A program made the position numbers and the translations under genes. A DNA stretch of 64,000 bases from Bacteroidia bacterium (GTDB lineage: Bacteria; Bacteroidota; Bacteroidia; J057): NCBI GenBank assembly GCA_041741415.1, contig JBGSKC010000032.1:20446-84445 (forward strand). The letters run 5' to 3'. This document shows, in pieces, positions 1 to 8,505 of the stretch. Position 1 is the stretch's first letter. Every line of letters begins with the position of its first letter. Under the pieces are notes generated by a model. That model saw only the letters and a program-made list of their open reading frames with translations, searched no databases and had not been told where the DNA came from.

Positions 1-883
1 CAGAAAAACCGGCAGTCACACCGCCGATTCCAACCGCATTGGGCAAAGTGAGTGTGTCGGCACAGCCATTCGCCGTGTTAACAATCAAAGTAATATCATA
101 TTGACCGTCGGCGGTGTAGGTGACTGCAGGGGGGGTAAATCCAGTAGCCTGACTGCCCCCGCCAGCTACTGTTCCGCCAGGAAACAGCCAGGTATAGGTA
201 GGATTTGGGTTGCCGCTTGTGGAGGTCTGGTTGGTTACATTGACCGTCAGGGGTGGATTACACGCAGAGTTTACATTCACCGCAAAATTCAGCACAGGGG
301 GCTGAAATACCTGGATGATATTGGGAAACTGCGCAAACCCCGAACAGCCGTTGGCATCTGTCACAGTAAGCACAAGGCTGATGGTGTCGGGAGCATTGGT
401 AAAAGTGATACAGGGAGCCTGCCCGGTTCCCGAAGACCCGTCTGAAAAGGTCCATTGTAACGAAGAGAGCACACTGCTGGCAGTGGTAGTGCTGGTAAAG
501 CAAGCCGTAAAAGGCGCGCAGCCGCTGCTGTTGTCGACGGTAAAATCTGGCACAGGCGCCTGAAATACCTCAATAAAACACGGCTGGGTAAGTGTGTTAC
601 TCAGGCCGTTGGCGTCAGTTACGGTGAGGGTAACTGTGTAGCAACCAGCCTGGGTATACACAAAGGTAGGATTGGGCAGGGTGGAGGTGCTACCACCTGC
701 GCCAAAATTCCACAGCCACGAAACAGGATTGCCTGTGGAAGCATCCTGAAAATTAATCACAGTTGACAGGTTGCTGCACCCTGTGAGTTTATTAGCTGTA
801 AAATTGGCTGTCGGCTGGGCCATCAGTGCCGATGTACCCAACATCAGCACAGCCAGCACGAAGCCGAATCGTTGAACATGCAT
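1..883 (-). CDS. PKD-repeat secreted protein, N-terminal part (gene runs off the left edge of the window)
   Basis: Absent from the ORF track because it is open at the window edge. Hand translation from the ATG at 883..881 gives MHVQRFGFVLAVLMLGTSALMAQPTANFTANKLTGCSNLSTVINFQDASTGNPVSWLWNFGAGGSTSTLPNPTFVYTQAGCYTVTLTVTDANG... This is a signal peptide followed by repeated PKD-like modules. I checked every in-frame triplet down to nt 2 and found no stop. Confidence 0.75.
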   Translation of the reverse strand, partial: MHVQRFGFVLAVLMLGTSALMAQPTANFTANKLTGCSNLSTVINFQDASTGNPVSWLWNFGAGGSTSTLPNPTFVYTQAGCYTVTLTVTDANGLSNTLTQPCFIEVFQAPVPDFTVDNSSGCAPFTACFTSTTTASSVLSSLQWTFSDGSSGTGQAPCITFTNAPDTISLVLTVTDANGCSGFAQFPNIIQVFQPPVLNFAVNVNSACNPPLTVNVTNQTSTSGNPNPTYTWLFPGGTVAGGGSQATGFTPPAVTYTADGQYDITLIVNTANGCADTLTLPNAVGIGGVTAGFS

Positions 884-931
884 ACCGTCGCTCTCTAAAA
901 AGTATGAGTTGCTGTTAATCAGGCGGTTAGC

Positions 932-1189
932 CTACCCTACATCCTGCCGGACGTAACTACAACGAAAAGTACGCAGTTTTCCGTCTGCCATTGCGGAAAA
1001 ATGCTCGGAAAGCAAACGCGCATCTGCAAGGCCGTCAACCCCTTGTATGAGCAGCGAAAGGCTATCCTGCTGGCAGTCAAGGGCGAATAAAGATTCCCAC
1101 CTGAAATTCTCCTTCATCAGGGGCGAAAATAGCATCCACATTTCCCTCTGCCAAACCTTTTCCTCAGGAAATCGAAGCTCCGGCAGCAT
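932..1189 (-). CDS. small hypothetical protein (85 aa)
   Basis: ORF lying between the membrane-protein gene and the PKD gene on the same strand. It overlaps the upstream gene by 26 nt unless it starts at an internal Met. No motif recognised. Confidence 0.3.
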   Translation of the reverse strand: MLPELRFPEEKVWQREMWMLFSPLMKENFRWESLFALDCQQDSLSLLIQGVDGLADARLLSEHFSAMADGKLRTFRCSYVRQDVG

Positions 1190-1748
1190 GCGGCAGCCAG
1201 CGAAGGATCAGGAGAATCCAAACGGTGTAAAGGAGCAGCGGCCCGAGGTCCAGAAGACTCTTTTTCCACGACCAGCTTTCCCCCCACCCCATGATGACCT
1301 GGAACCAAAACCCAAACAGCAGCAGGTTGCCGCCGACTTTGGCAAATGACGGAAATCCCCAACTGCGTGCCTCTGCCAGGTTTTCCCAAACAGGTTCCAG
1401 GGATTCATTTACCACCCAAGGGCGCTTAAAACCAAGTACAACAGCCAGTGCCACCAGAAAAAGCCATTGGCCTACCCGCATCAGCACAGTGGCGTAATAA
1501 CGGTCCTGGTCCCGCTCCAACTCCTTTCCCCATAACATCAGGCCCGTGCTGAGCACAATAAACAGTAACAACAGCCCGGCAATCCGGCCATCTGTTTCGG
1601 GCCACCACCACAACTGGGTAATGGCATACTGGAGCAAGCCATACACGAGCAAAAATAGCGGCACCTCTTTCTTAGGAGAAAAAAAGAGATAGGCCAGGCT
1701 CGAAAGGAGGTAAAACAGATAAAAAAAATCCAGCATAGCCAGGCGCAC
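1164..1748 (-). CDS. hypothetical polytopic membrane protein
   Basis: 194-aa ORF with about 5 hydrophobic segments (LFYLLSSLAYLFF, LLLLFIVLSTGLMLW, WLFLVALAVVLGF, LLLFGFWFQVIMGW, LLLYTVWILLIL). Its GTG at 1748 abuts the PorQ stop codon; an ATG lies at 1736. Probably co-transcribed with porQ. Confidence 0.6.
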   Translation of the reverse strand: MRLAMLDFFYLFYLLSSLAYLFFSPKKEVPLFLLVYGLLQYAITQLWWWPETDGRIAGLLLLFIVLSTGLMLWGKELERDQDRYYATVLMRVGQWLFLVALAVVLGFKRPWVVNESLEPVWENLAEARSWGFPSFAKVGGNLLLFGFWFQVIMGWGESWSWKKSLLDLGPLLLYTVWILLILRWLPHAAGASIS

Positions 1749-2804
1749 CTAGTTTCCAGCTGGTTGGAGGTCCACCCGCAGCGAAAACTGATGGGTGTTA
1801 AAAACTGGATTCAGGCCAAAGCTGGAAAAGCCATAATCCAGCGCAAATCTACGTACCCGCAGGCCTGCACCCAAAGAAAATCCTGTAAAGCCTCCTCTGT
1901 CGTCCGAGCGAAGCTCCTGGCGTCGCATGTGGTTGTAGCCGGCACGCAGCCGGAGGGACTTGCCCAGCAGAAACTCGCCCCCAAACACCATGTGGCGCAC
2001 AATTCGATCGAGGGTCTGGTTGGGGGGATCAACCGGGTTTCCAGATAAATCAAACTCCTGAGGTGCGTCTGGATCAGTAAAAATGAGATTGGGATGCTCT
2101 AACTGGATCAGGGTAATGGAAAAACGCAATGGCATGTACCTGAGCTTGTTTGAAACACCAACGACCATTTCGAAGGGAAGCGGGGCCCTGGAAGCTCCTG
2201 GCGTGTAGGTACTGAGTTGCAGCCCCGCATTCCGCAGGCTCATGCCAGCAGAAAAGAGCTTGCTCTCCGAACGATAGGCAGCTCCAAGGTCGGTGGCAAG
2301 CCCCACAGAGGTAAATCCGGGGGCCAGGGAGGAACTGATTACCTTGAGGTTGGCCCCATACTGAAAGGAGCCCGAAATGGGCAGGGCCAGCGCCCTGCTG
2401 AAACCGAGCGTCCAGGCCAGGTCCTGGGCACCAAACTCTCCGGTGAGGTTGCCAAACTCATCTGCTCCCTGCATTTTTCCATAATCCACATACTGGATCC
2501 CGGTGTGAAAGGTCCCGATGCCGTCCAGGTGCCGGGCATAGCCAACGTACCCGTAGCCGATGTCGGCCAGGTAATTGACGAAGCTCAGGGCCAGTTGCTT
2601 GTGCATGGAATCGTTGGCCAGGGCTGGGTTTTGGGCAGCAAACGCAGGATCATCATCCCAGGTGGAGATGTTGATGCCGCCGAGGGCCGCGTGCCTGGCA
2701 GAAGGCGCCAGGTTGAGAAAATCGTAAATGTGCCGTCCTCCGATCTGGGAGAAAGCAGAGAGCCAGAAGCCCCCCATCAGCATCAGGGCGATCGTTCGTT
2801 TCAT
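1749..2804 (-). CDS. porQ: type IX secretion system outer-membrane protein PorQ-like
   Basis: 351 aa. Signal peptide, then GGRHIYDFLNLAPSARHAALGGINIS...NPALAN, which matches my memory of the PorQ family N-terminus. The rest has an alternating beta-strand pattern ending in a barrel-like C-terminus. Confidence 0.65.
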   Translation of the reverse strand: MKRTIALMLMGGFWLSAFSQIGGRHIYDFLNLAPSARHAALGGINISTWDDDPAFAAQNPALANDSMHKQLALSFVNYLADIGYGYVGYARHLDGIGTFHTGIQYVDYGKMQGADEFGNLTGEFGAQDLAWTLGFSRALALPISGSFQYGANLKVISSSLAPGFTSVGLATDLGAAYRSESKLFSAGMSLRNAGLQLSTYTPGASRAPLPFEMVVGVSNKLRYMPLRFSITLIQLEHPNLIFTDPDAPQEFDLSGNPVDPPNQTLDRIVRHMVFGGEFLLGKSLRLRAGYNHMRRQELRSDDRGGFTGFSLGAGLRVRRFALDYGFSSFGLNPVFNTHQFSLRVDLQPAGN

Positions 2805-2940
2805 TACCCCGGCAAATTAAAGAACCTCCCGGGATTTCAGGGGGCAAAAATTTCCCACGGCAAACCTGGCAGCCGCCGGATCAAAATCTGCTGTTAGGAC
2901 GGGGGCCAAAACGACTCTTTCCGATTCTCGTGGAAGTCCC

Positions 2941-2948
2941 TAGATTTG
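2941..2948 (+). promoter_or_regulatory. candidate Bacteroidota -7 promoter box TAGATTTG (TAnnTTTG)
   Basis: Exact TAnnTTTG match 34 nt upstream of the ATG at 2982. It overlaps the TTG used as the ORF-track start, which argues for the ATG start. Confidence 0.35.
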
Positions 2949-2981
2949 CAGCCCGCTGTAGATCCAAAATTCATCCGCCTC

Positions 2982-3689
2982 ATGGAGAATCACATCAGTT
3001 CCTATTTTTCCGAACGCAGAAAAGAATGGAAAAAAGCCTCTGCCCAGAACTCCTGGCTGGTGTTCAAGATCATGGCAGAGTTTGTGGAGGGCTTTGAAAA
3101 GATGGCCGAAATCGGGCCTTGTGTATCCATTTTTGGTTCTGCGAGAACCAAGCCCGGCACCAAATATTACGAGCTTGCTACTGAAATTGCCGAAAAACTG
3201 GCGGCCACAGGCTTCGGTGTGATAACAGGCGGCGGCCCCGGCGTGATGGAAGCGGGAAACAAAGGCGCCAAACTGGCCGGAGGTTCTTCAGTCGGACTGA
3301 ACATTGAGCTCCCCTTTGAGCAGCACATTAACCCTTATGTAGATCCCGATAAAAACATCGAATTCAATTATTTCTTCGTCAGAAAAGTGATGTTCGTCAA
3401 ATACGCACAAGGATTTGTGGTCCTCCCGGGCGGTTTTGGTACCCTCGACGAGCTATTCGAAGCCCTCACCCTGATTCAAACCCTCAAAATCGACCGCTTC
3501 CCGGTAGTGTTGGTGGGCAGCGAATTCTGGGCAGGTCTCATTGGGTGGATCAAGCAAACCTTGCTGGAGGAGTTCCACAATATTTCTCCGCAGGATCTCG
3601 ATCTGTTTACCATGGTGGACACCGCAGACGAGGTAGTGACCCATTTGACGAACTTTTACACCAAACATGCCGTTAAACCCAACTTCTGA
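2982..3689 (+). CDS. LOG-family (TIGR00730-type) Rossmann-fold nucleotide-binding protein
   Basis: Contains GGGPGVMEAGNKGA and PGGFGTLDELFE, the two hallmark LOG / lysine-decarboxylase-like motifs. ATG at 2982 chosen over the TTG at 2946. Confidence 0.85.
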   Translation: MENHISSYFSERRKEWKKASAQNSWLVFKIMAEFVEGFEKMAEIGPCVSIFGSARTKPGTKYYELATEIAEKLAATGFGVITGGGPGVMEAGNKGAKLAGGSSVGLNIELPFEQHINPYVDPDKNIEFNYFFVRKVMFVKYAQGFVVLPGGFGTLDELFEALTLIQTLKIDRFPVVLVGSEFWAGLIGWIKQTLLEEFHNISPQDLDLFTMVDTADEVVTHLTNFYTKHAVKPNF

Positions 3690-3947
3690 GAGCTACGACT
3701 TTTCAGATTATTTCAAGACTCAGCAGAATTCATTCGGAAACGGTCAACTGCCCATTAGACTCACTTTACCCTTTAAATCAAGCCGTTCGCGCTAATTCTA
3801 CCTGACAATTGCCGCATTTCGCTGAACTTACCTTCCGAAAGGTTCAACGGGATGAAAGAAAAAATGCATTTCTGTCGCGCTTTTCGTCAAAGCACCTGAC
3901 AGGTTTGCATCGGCAATTCGCTGAGCCCCCCACTCCAAACCCGCTTC

Positions 3948-4946
3948 ATGCAAAAAGCCCTCATTGTCATTGTCCTTTTCTCTGGAATTGTTATTGCTGC
4001 CGCTTTTCTCCTTCCTACGGCCACCATTTCTGCCAACAGCCAACCAGATCTTCGGTTTGCCTCAGCCCACCTCGTTCCCATGCGGTTCGAGCCTCCGGCA
4101 GAGCTTTCCTTCGCCGGAGAAGCTGTTCCCATGGATGCTGAGCATGTTGTGAACCGCCTGCAAAAAGAGTTGAATCAGAAGATTAACCACACATCAGGCA
4201 CCCACCAACTCTACCGCCGGGTTCTCCGCTACCAGGATCAGATCCGAAACATTCTTCGTGAAAAAGGCATTCCCGAAGATTTCTTCTACATGGCCATGGC
4301 CGAAAGCGCCTTGTCAAACGCGATTTCTCCCGTTGGTGCTGGTGGTTTCTGGCAGTTTATGCCCGCAACGGCCCGGTCTTATGGCCTCGTGGTAAATGAA
4401 GAACTCGATGAACGCTTCGACCCAATCAAAGCCACATACGCCGCTGCCCGCTACCTCAAAGCCCTGCACAACGAACTGGATTCCTGGACACTCGTGGCGG
4501 CAGCCTATAACATGGGATCCCCCCGCCTGCTGAGAGCCATGAAGGCGCAGCAGATGGAATCATACTACCAGCTCGACCTCAACGGCGAAACCAGTCAGTA
4601 TTTGTTTCGCATCCTGGCCAACAAATGCATCGTGGAGCAACCCGCCCGGTATGGCTTCGACATGAACCAGATTCACCCCTACCCGCCCCTCCGATTTAAG
4701 CAGATCCCCGTGCAGCAAGATATCCCTGATCTTGCTAGCTTTGCAGCTCAACACGGTCTTACCCTCGATCAGCTCCTCACCGCCAACCCCTGGATTCGCT
4801 CCAATAAGGTTTCGGCCAGTCAAACACTTCGCATCCAAATTCCGTTGGGCAAAGATGTGTATGCGGCTGAATGGAAAGTGCAGGATTGGGGCGTGGAAGC
4901 AGTATCCAGCTCAGAAACTGCTTCCGCCTCAGCCGAACAGGAGTAG
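3948..4946 (+). CDS. membrane-anchored lytic transglycosylase (SLT domain) with C-terminal LysM-like segment, MltD-like
   Basis: N-terminal TM segment. SLT catalytic region [36 protein letters not shown]...AAAYNMG. C-terminal [29 protein letters not shown] resembles LysM. Confidence 0.8.
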   Translation: MQKALIVIVLFSGIVIAAAFLLPTATISANSQPDLRFASAHLVPMRFEPPAELSFAGEAVPMDAEHVVNRLQKELNQKINHTSGTHQLYRRVLRYQDQIRNILREKGIPEDFFYMAMAESALSNAISPVGAGGFWQFMPATARSYGLVVNEELDERFDPIKATYAAARYLKALHNELDSWTLVAAAYNMGSPRLLRAMKAQQMESYYQLDLNGETSQYLFRILANKCIVEQPARYGFDMNQIHPYPPLRFKQIPVQQDIPDLASFAAQHGLTLDQLLTANPWIRSNKVSASQTLRIQIPLGKDVYAAEWKVQDWGVEAVSSSETASASAEQE

Positions 4947-4966
4947 ACCCATCGCGCTGCGGCAAC

Positions 4967-7780
4967 ATGATTGATACTACGGAAGGATTCATCGACATCC
5001 TGGGTGCCCGGGAACACAATCTCAAAAATATTGACCTCCGGATTCCGCGAAACAAACTGGTCGTTCTGACTGGTGTGAGCGGTTCAGGAAAAAGCTCGCT
5101 GGCCTTCGACACCATTTATGCCGAAGGCCAGCGGCGCTATCTGGAGAGCTTCTCGGCTTATGCCCGGCAGTTTCTCGGAGACCTCCGCGCGCCTGATGTG
5201 GACAAAATCGACGGCCTGAGCCCTGTTATCGCCATCGAGCAGAAAACCACCTCCAAAAACCCCCGGTCCACAGTCGGTACTGTTACCGAAATTTACGACC
5301 TCTTCAGGTTGCTTTTTGCCAGGGCTGGTGATGCCGTGAGCTATGTATCCGGTAAAAAAATGGTGAGAATGACCGATGAACAGGTTGTTGACACCATTCT
5401 GGAGCAGTTCAACGAGCGAAAACTTCACATCCTGGCGCCATTGGTGCGTTCAAGAAAAGGCCACTACCGCGAGCTATTCGAAAACCTCGCCCGCCAGGGC
5501 TACTCCAAGGTGCGGGTTGACAGCGAAGTGGTCGAGATCTCCAAAGGCATGATGCTGGATCGCTACAAGATCCACGACATTGAGCTGGTGGTGGACAGAA
5601 TCAAGGTGGGTCAAGACGGAAAACGCCTCGTTGAAAGCGTTCAAAAAGCGATGAAAACGGGCGAAGGAACCGTATTGCTCCTCGACAGCGACACCGACCA
5701 GACCTACTGGTTCAGCCGCAACCTGATGGATCCTGAATCAGGCATCAGCTACGACATTCCCTCCCCCAACACCTTCTCCTTCAACTCCCCTTACGGTGCC
5801 TGCCCCGTTTGTAACGGCCTGGGGCAGGTCTACGAAGTGGACCTGAATGCCCTGGTGCCCGACCACGAATTGTCGATTTCCAGAGGTGCCATTGCCCCCC
5901 TCGGGGAATTCCGCGACATCTGGAACTTCAAGCAGCTCCGCAAGATCGCCGACTCCCTCGATTTCGCCCTTACCACCCCCTGGAAAGATATTCCCGAAGA
6001 AGCAAGACTCTTCATCCTGGAAGGGAAAAAAGAAGGCGCCGCCCGCAGCCTGCGCATCAAATTCGATGGCGTCAAAACCTTTGTTGAAGAATCCTATCAT
6101 CAATCCTCCTCCGAAAAAATCAAAACCTGGGCAGAGGAATTCATGAAAATTTCAACCTGCCACTCCTGCGAGGGAAGCCGGTTGAAAAAGGAAAGCCTGT
6201 TTTTCCACATCGACAACCACAACATTTTCCAGCTTTCCTCGATGGACATCCGCAGCCTCGCCCAGTGGGTGGACGGACTGGAAGAACGCCTCAGTGAGCG
6301 GCAAGCTTTGATTGCTGCTGAGGTAATCAAGGAATTAAAAAAACGACTCGGCTTTCTCCTTCAGGTGGGCCTCGACTACCTGGCCCTCGACCGGCCTGCC
6401 AAAACCCTCTCCGGCGGCGAAGCCCAGCGGATCCGCCTGGCCACCCAGATTGGTTCTCAGCTGGTAAATGTTCTCTACATTCTCGACGAACCCAGCATTG
6501 GCCTGCACCAGCGCGACAACGAAAAACTCATTGAATCCCTGCAGGAGCTTCGCGACCTCGGCAATTCTGTGCTGGTGGTAGAACACGACAAAGACACCAT
6601 GCTCGCTGCCGACTACCTGATCGACATCGGTCCGGGCGCAGGCGTTCATGGCGGAAATGTGGTGGCACAGGGCACCCCTGCCGAAGTACTGGCCACGCAC
6701 TGCGTCACCTCCGATTACCTCTCAGGAAGGCGCACCATTGACCCGGGGCCGCAGCGGCGCACTCCTGCCGGGCCAGAATTTAAGCTGCTGGGTGCCAGTG
6801 GAAACAACCTCACCGGGGTCGACCTCACCCTGCCGCTTGGCGTACTGATCTGCGTAACCGGTGTATCAGGCTCGGGCAAATCCACCCTGATCAACGAAAC
6901 CCTCTTTCCCCTGATCAGCCAGCACCTCTACAAGAGCAAGCAAAAACCCATGCCACACACAGGCGTGGAAGGCATGGACCTGATCAACAAGGTGGTCCAG
7001 ATTGACCAGAGCGCCATCGGGCGCTCGCCGCGCTCCAATCCCGCCACCTATACCGGGTTGTTTACCTATATCAGGCAACTGTTTGCCGACCTGCCCGAAG
7101 CAAAGGCGCGCGGCTACCAGGTGGGCCGGTTTTCCTTCAACGTGAAGGGTGGGCGCTGCGAAGAATGCGAAGGCGGCGGGGTCCAAACCATTGAAATGAA
7201 TTTTCTCCCCGATGTGTATGTCACCTGCCCCAAATGCCAGGGCCGCCGCTACAACCGGGAAACCCTCGAAATCCGCTACAAAGGCAAGTCGATTGCCGAT
7301 GTGCTGAACATGGAAGTGAGCGTAGCCCTTGAATTTTTCGACGCCATGCCCAGGCTCAAGCGCTTTCTCAAGACGTTGAATGACGTCGGCCTCGGCTACC
7401 TCACCCTCGGCCAGGCGGCCACCACCATTTCAGGCGGAGAGGCCCAGCGCGTGAAAATCGCCTCGGAGTTATCGAAAAAAGACACCGGCAACACCCTTTA
7501 CCTGCTTGATGAACCCACAACCGGCTTGCACTTTCAGGACATTGAGCTGCTGCTCAAGGTGCTCAACCAGTTGGTGGACCGCGGAAACACCGTGCTTGTC
7601 ATTGAACACAACCTCGATGTGATCAAAATGGCTGACTGGGTAATTGACCTTGGGCCCGAGGGCGGCAAAAAAGGTGGTCAGATCATCGCACAGGGCACAC
7701 CTGAGGAAGTAGCACTGGTAGAAGCCTCCCATACAGGTCGCTTTCTGCGGCGGGAACTGGAGCTTCTTGGACGGATGTAG
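4967..7780 (+). CDS. uvrA: excinuclease ABC subunit UvrA
   Basis: [53 protein letters not shown], two ABC modules (LSGGEAQR twice), zinc-finger Cys pairs; 937 aa from the ATG at 4967. The ORF-track start at 4871 adds 32 non-UvrA residues and overlaps the upstream gene. Confidence 0.97.
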   Translation: MIDTTEGFIDILGAREHNLKNIDLRIPRNKLVVLTGVSGSGKSSLAFDTIYAEGQRRYLESFSAYARQFLGDLRAPDVDKIDGLSPVIAIEQKTTSKNPRSTVGTVTEIYDLFRLLFARAGDAVSYVSGKKMVRMTDEQVVDTILEQFNERKLHILAPLVRSRKGHYRELFENLARQGYSKVRVDSEVVEISKGMMLDRYKIHDIELVVDRIKVGQDGKRLVESVQKAMKTGEGTVLLLDSDTDQTYWFSRNLMDPESGISYDIPSPNTFSFNSPYGACPVCNGLGQVYEVDLNALVPDHELSISRGAIAPLGEFRDIWNFKQLRKIADSLDFALTTPWKDIPEEARLFILEGKKEGAARSLRIKFDGVKTFVEESYHQSSSEKIKTWAEEFMKISTCHSCEGSRLKKESLFFHIDNHNIFQLSSMDIRSLAQWVDGLEERLSERQALIAAEVIKELKKRLGFLLQVGLDYLALDRPAKTLSGGEAQRIRLATQIGSQLVNVLYILDEPSIGLHQRDNEKLIESLQELRDLGNSVLVVEHDKDTMLAADYLIDIGPGAGVHGGNVVAQGTPAEVLATHCVTSDYLSGRRTIDPGPQRRTPAGPEFKLLGASGNNLTGVDLTLPLGVLICVTGVSGSGKSTLINETLFPLISQHLYKSKQKPMPHTGVEGMDLINKVVQIDQSAIGRSPRSNPATYTGLFTYIRQLFADLPEAKARGYQVGRFSFNVKGGRCEECEGGGVQTIEMNFLPDVYVTCPKCQGRRYNRETLEIRYKGKSIADVLNMEVSVALEFFDAMPRLKRFLKTLNDVGLGYLTLGQAATTISGGEAQRVKIASELSKKDTGNTLYLLDEPTTGLHFQDIELLLKVLNQLVDRGNTVLVIEHNLDVIKMADWVIDLGPEGGKKGGQIIAQGTPEEVALVEASHTGRFLRRELELLGRM

Positions 7781-7834
7781 CCGAAAAAACCAACAGCCTG
7801 CAAAGGTCTGTTTGACTCCAACTAACCTCAACCT

Positions 7835-8416
7835 ATGGCAACAGAAGCCCCTTCCTTCATGCCCAGGGATCTTGCCGACTGGCGCAACTGGCTTGCAGAG
7901 AACCATCGTAGCGAAAAAGGCCTGTGGTTAATTTTTGGTAAAAAGGGAACCCCGTTTGAAAATCTGGAGTTATCGGATGCTGTGGACGAAGCCCTGTGCT
8001 TTGGCTGGGTGGACAGTGTGGTGAATGGCCTGGATGAGCAACGCTACAAGCTGTATTTTGCACCGCGAAGCCCGAAGAGCAACTGGTCGCGGGTAAACAA
8101 GGAAAAGATTGCCAGGCTCGAAGCGGAGGGCAGAATGCAGCCAGCCGGGATGGCCATGGTGGCATTAGCCCAACAAACCGGCACCTGGACTGCTTTGGAC
8201 GAAGTCGAAGACCTGGTGGTGCCAGCCGACCTGCAGGCTGAGCTGGACAAGTATCCACGTGCAAACGAGTATTGGGAAGCCTTTCCCAGATCGGCGAAAA
8301 GAGGGATCCTGGAGTGGCTCCTCAACGCCAAACGCCCGGAAACCCGTGCCAAACGCGTCGAAGAAACCGCCCGCCTCGCCAATGAAAACAAGCGGGCAAA
8401 CTCCTGGCCGAGATGA
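7835..8416 (+). CDS. YdeI/OmpD-associated (bacteriocin-protection) family protein
   Basis: 193 aa. W..WL..N......LWL.F.KK...........A.DEALCFGW.DS and a C-terminal RPETRAKR.EE segment, both typical of the YdeI/OmdA family. Confidence 0.75.
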   Translation: MATEAPSFMPRDLADWRNWLAENHRSEKGLWLIFGKKGTPFENLELSDAVDEALCFGWVDSVVNGLDEQRYKLYFAPRSPKSNWSRVNKEKIARLEAEGRMQPAGMAMVALAQQTGTWTALDEVEDLVVPADLQAELDKYPRANEYWEAFPRSAKRGILEWLLNAKRPETRAKRVEETARLANENKRANSWPR

Positions 8417-8497
8417 GGGTTAAGGGAAAGCAGAGAATGGGGCGTTGAATCAGTTCAATCACCTTCCTCCCAACAAATTCATTCACCCAACCCTCAT
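8413..8497. repeat. 85-bp REPIN-like unit bounded by inverted 9-mers ATGAGGGTT (8413..8421) and AACCCTCAT (8489..8497)
   Basis: The two 9-mers are exact reverse complements separated by 67 nt. An inner hairpin TTGAA-tcag-TTCAA lies between them. The unit fills almost all of the ydeI-helicase intergenic space. The same 9-mers recur at 27518, 43615/43627 and 44507. Confidence 0.6.
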
Positions 8498-8505
8498 CCC
8501 TCCTC

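Noticed and set aside
4871-4966. 32-codon upstream extension of uvrA. Similar extensions occur at 19079..19141 (SusC), 30644..30868 (Rrf2), 34716..34751 (dxr), 61441..61512 (recQ), 58128..58262 (MFS), 35568..35612, 52117..52164, 52618..52677, 61415..61582 and 62216..62302.
   Set aside because: The extensions begin at alternative codons, overlap neighbours or promoters, and precede the point where family homology or a signal peptide starts.
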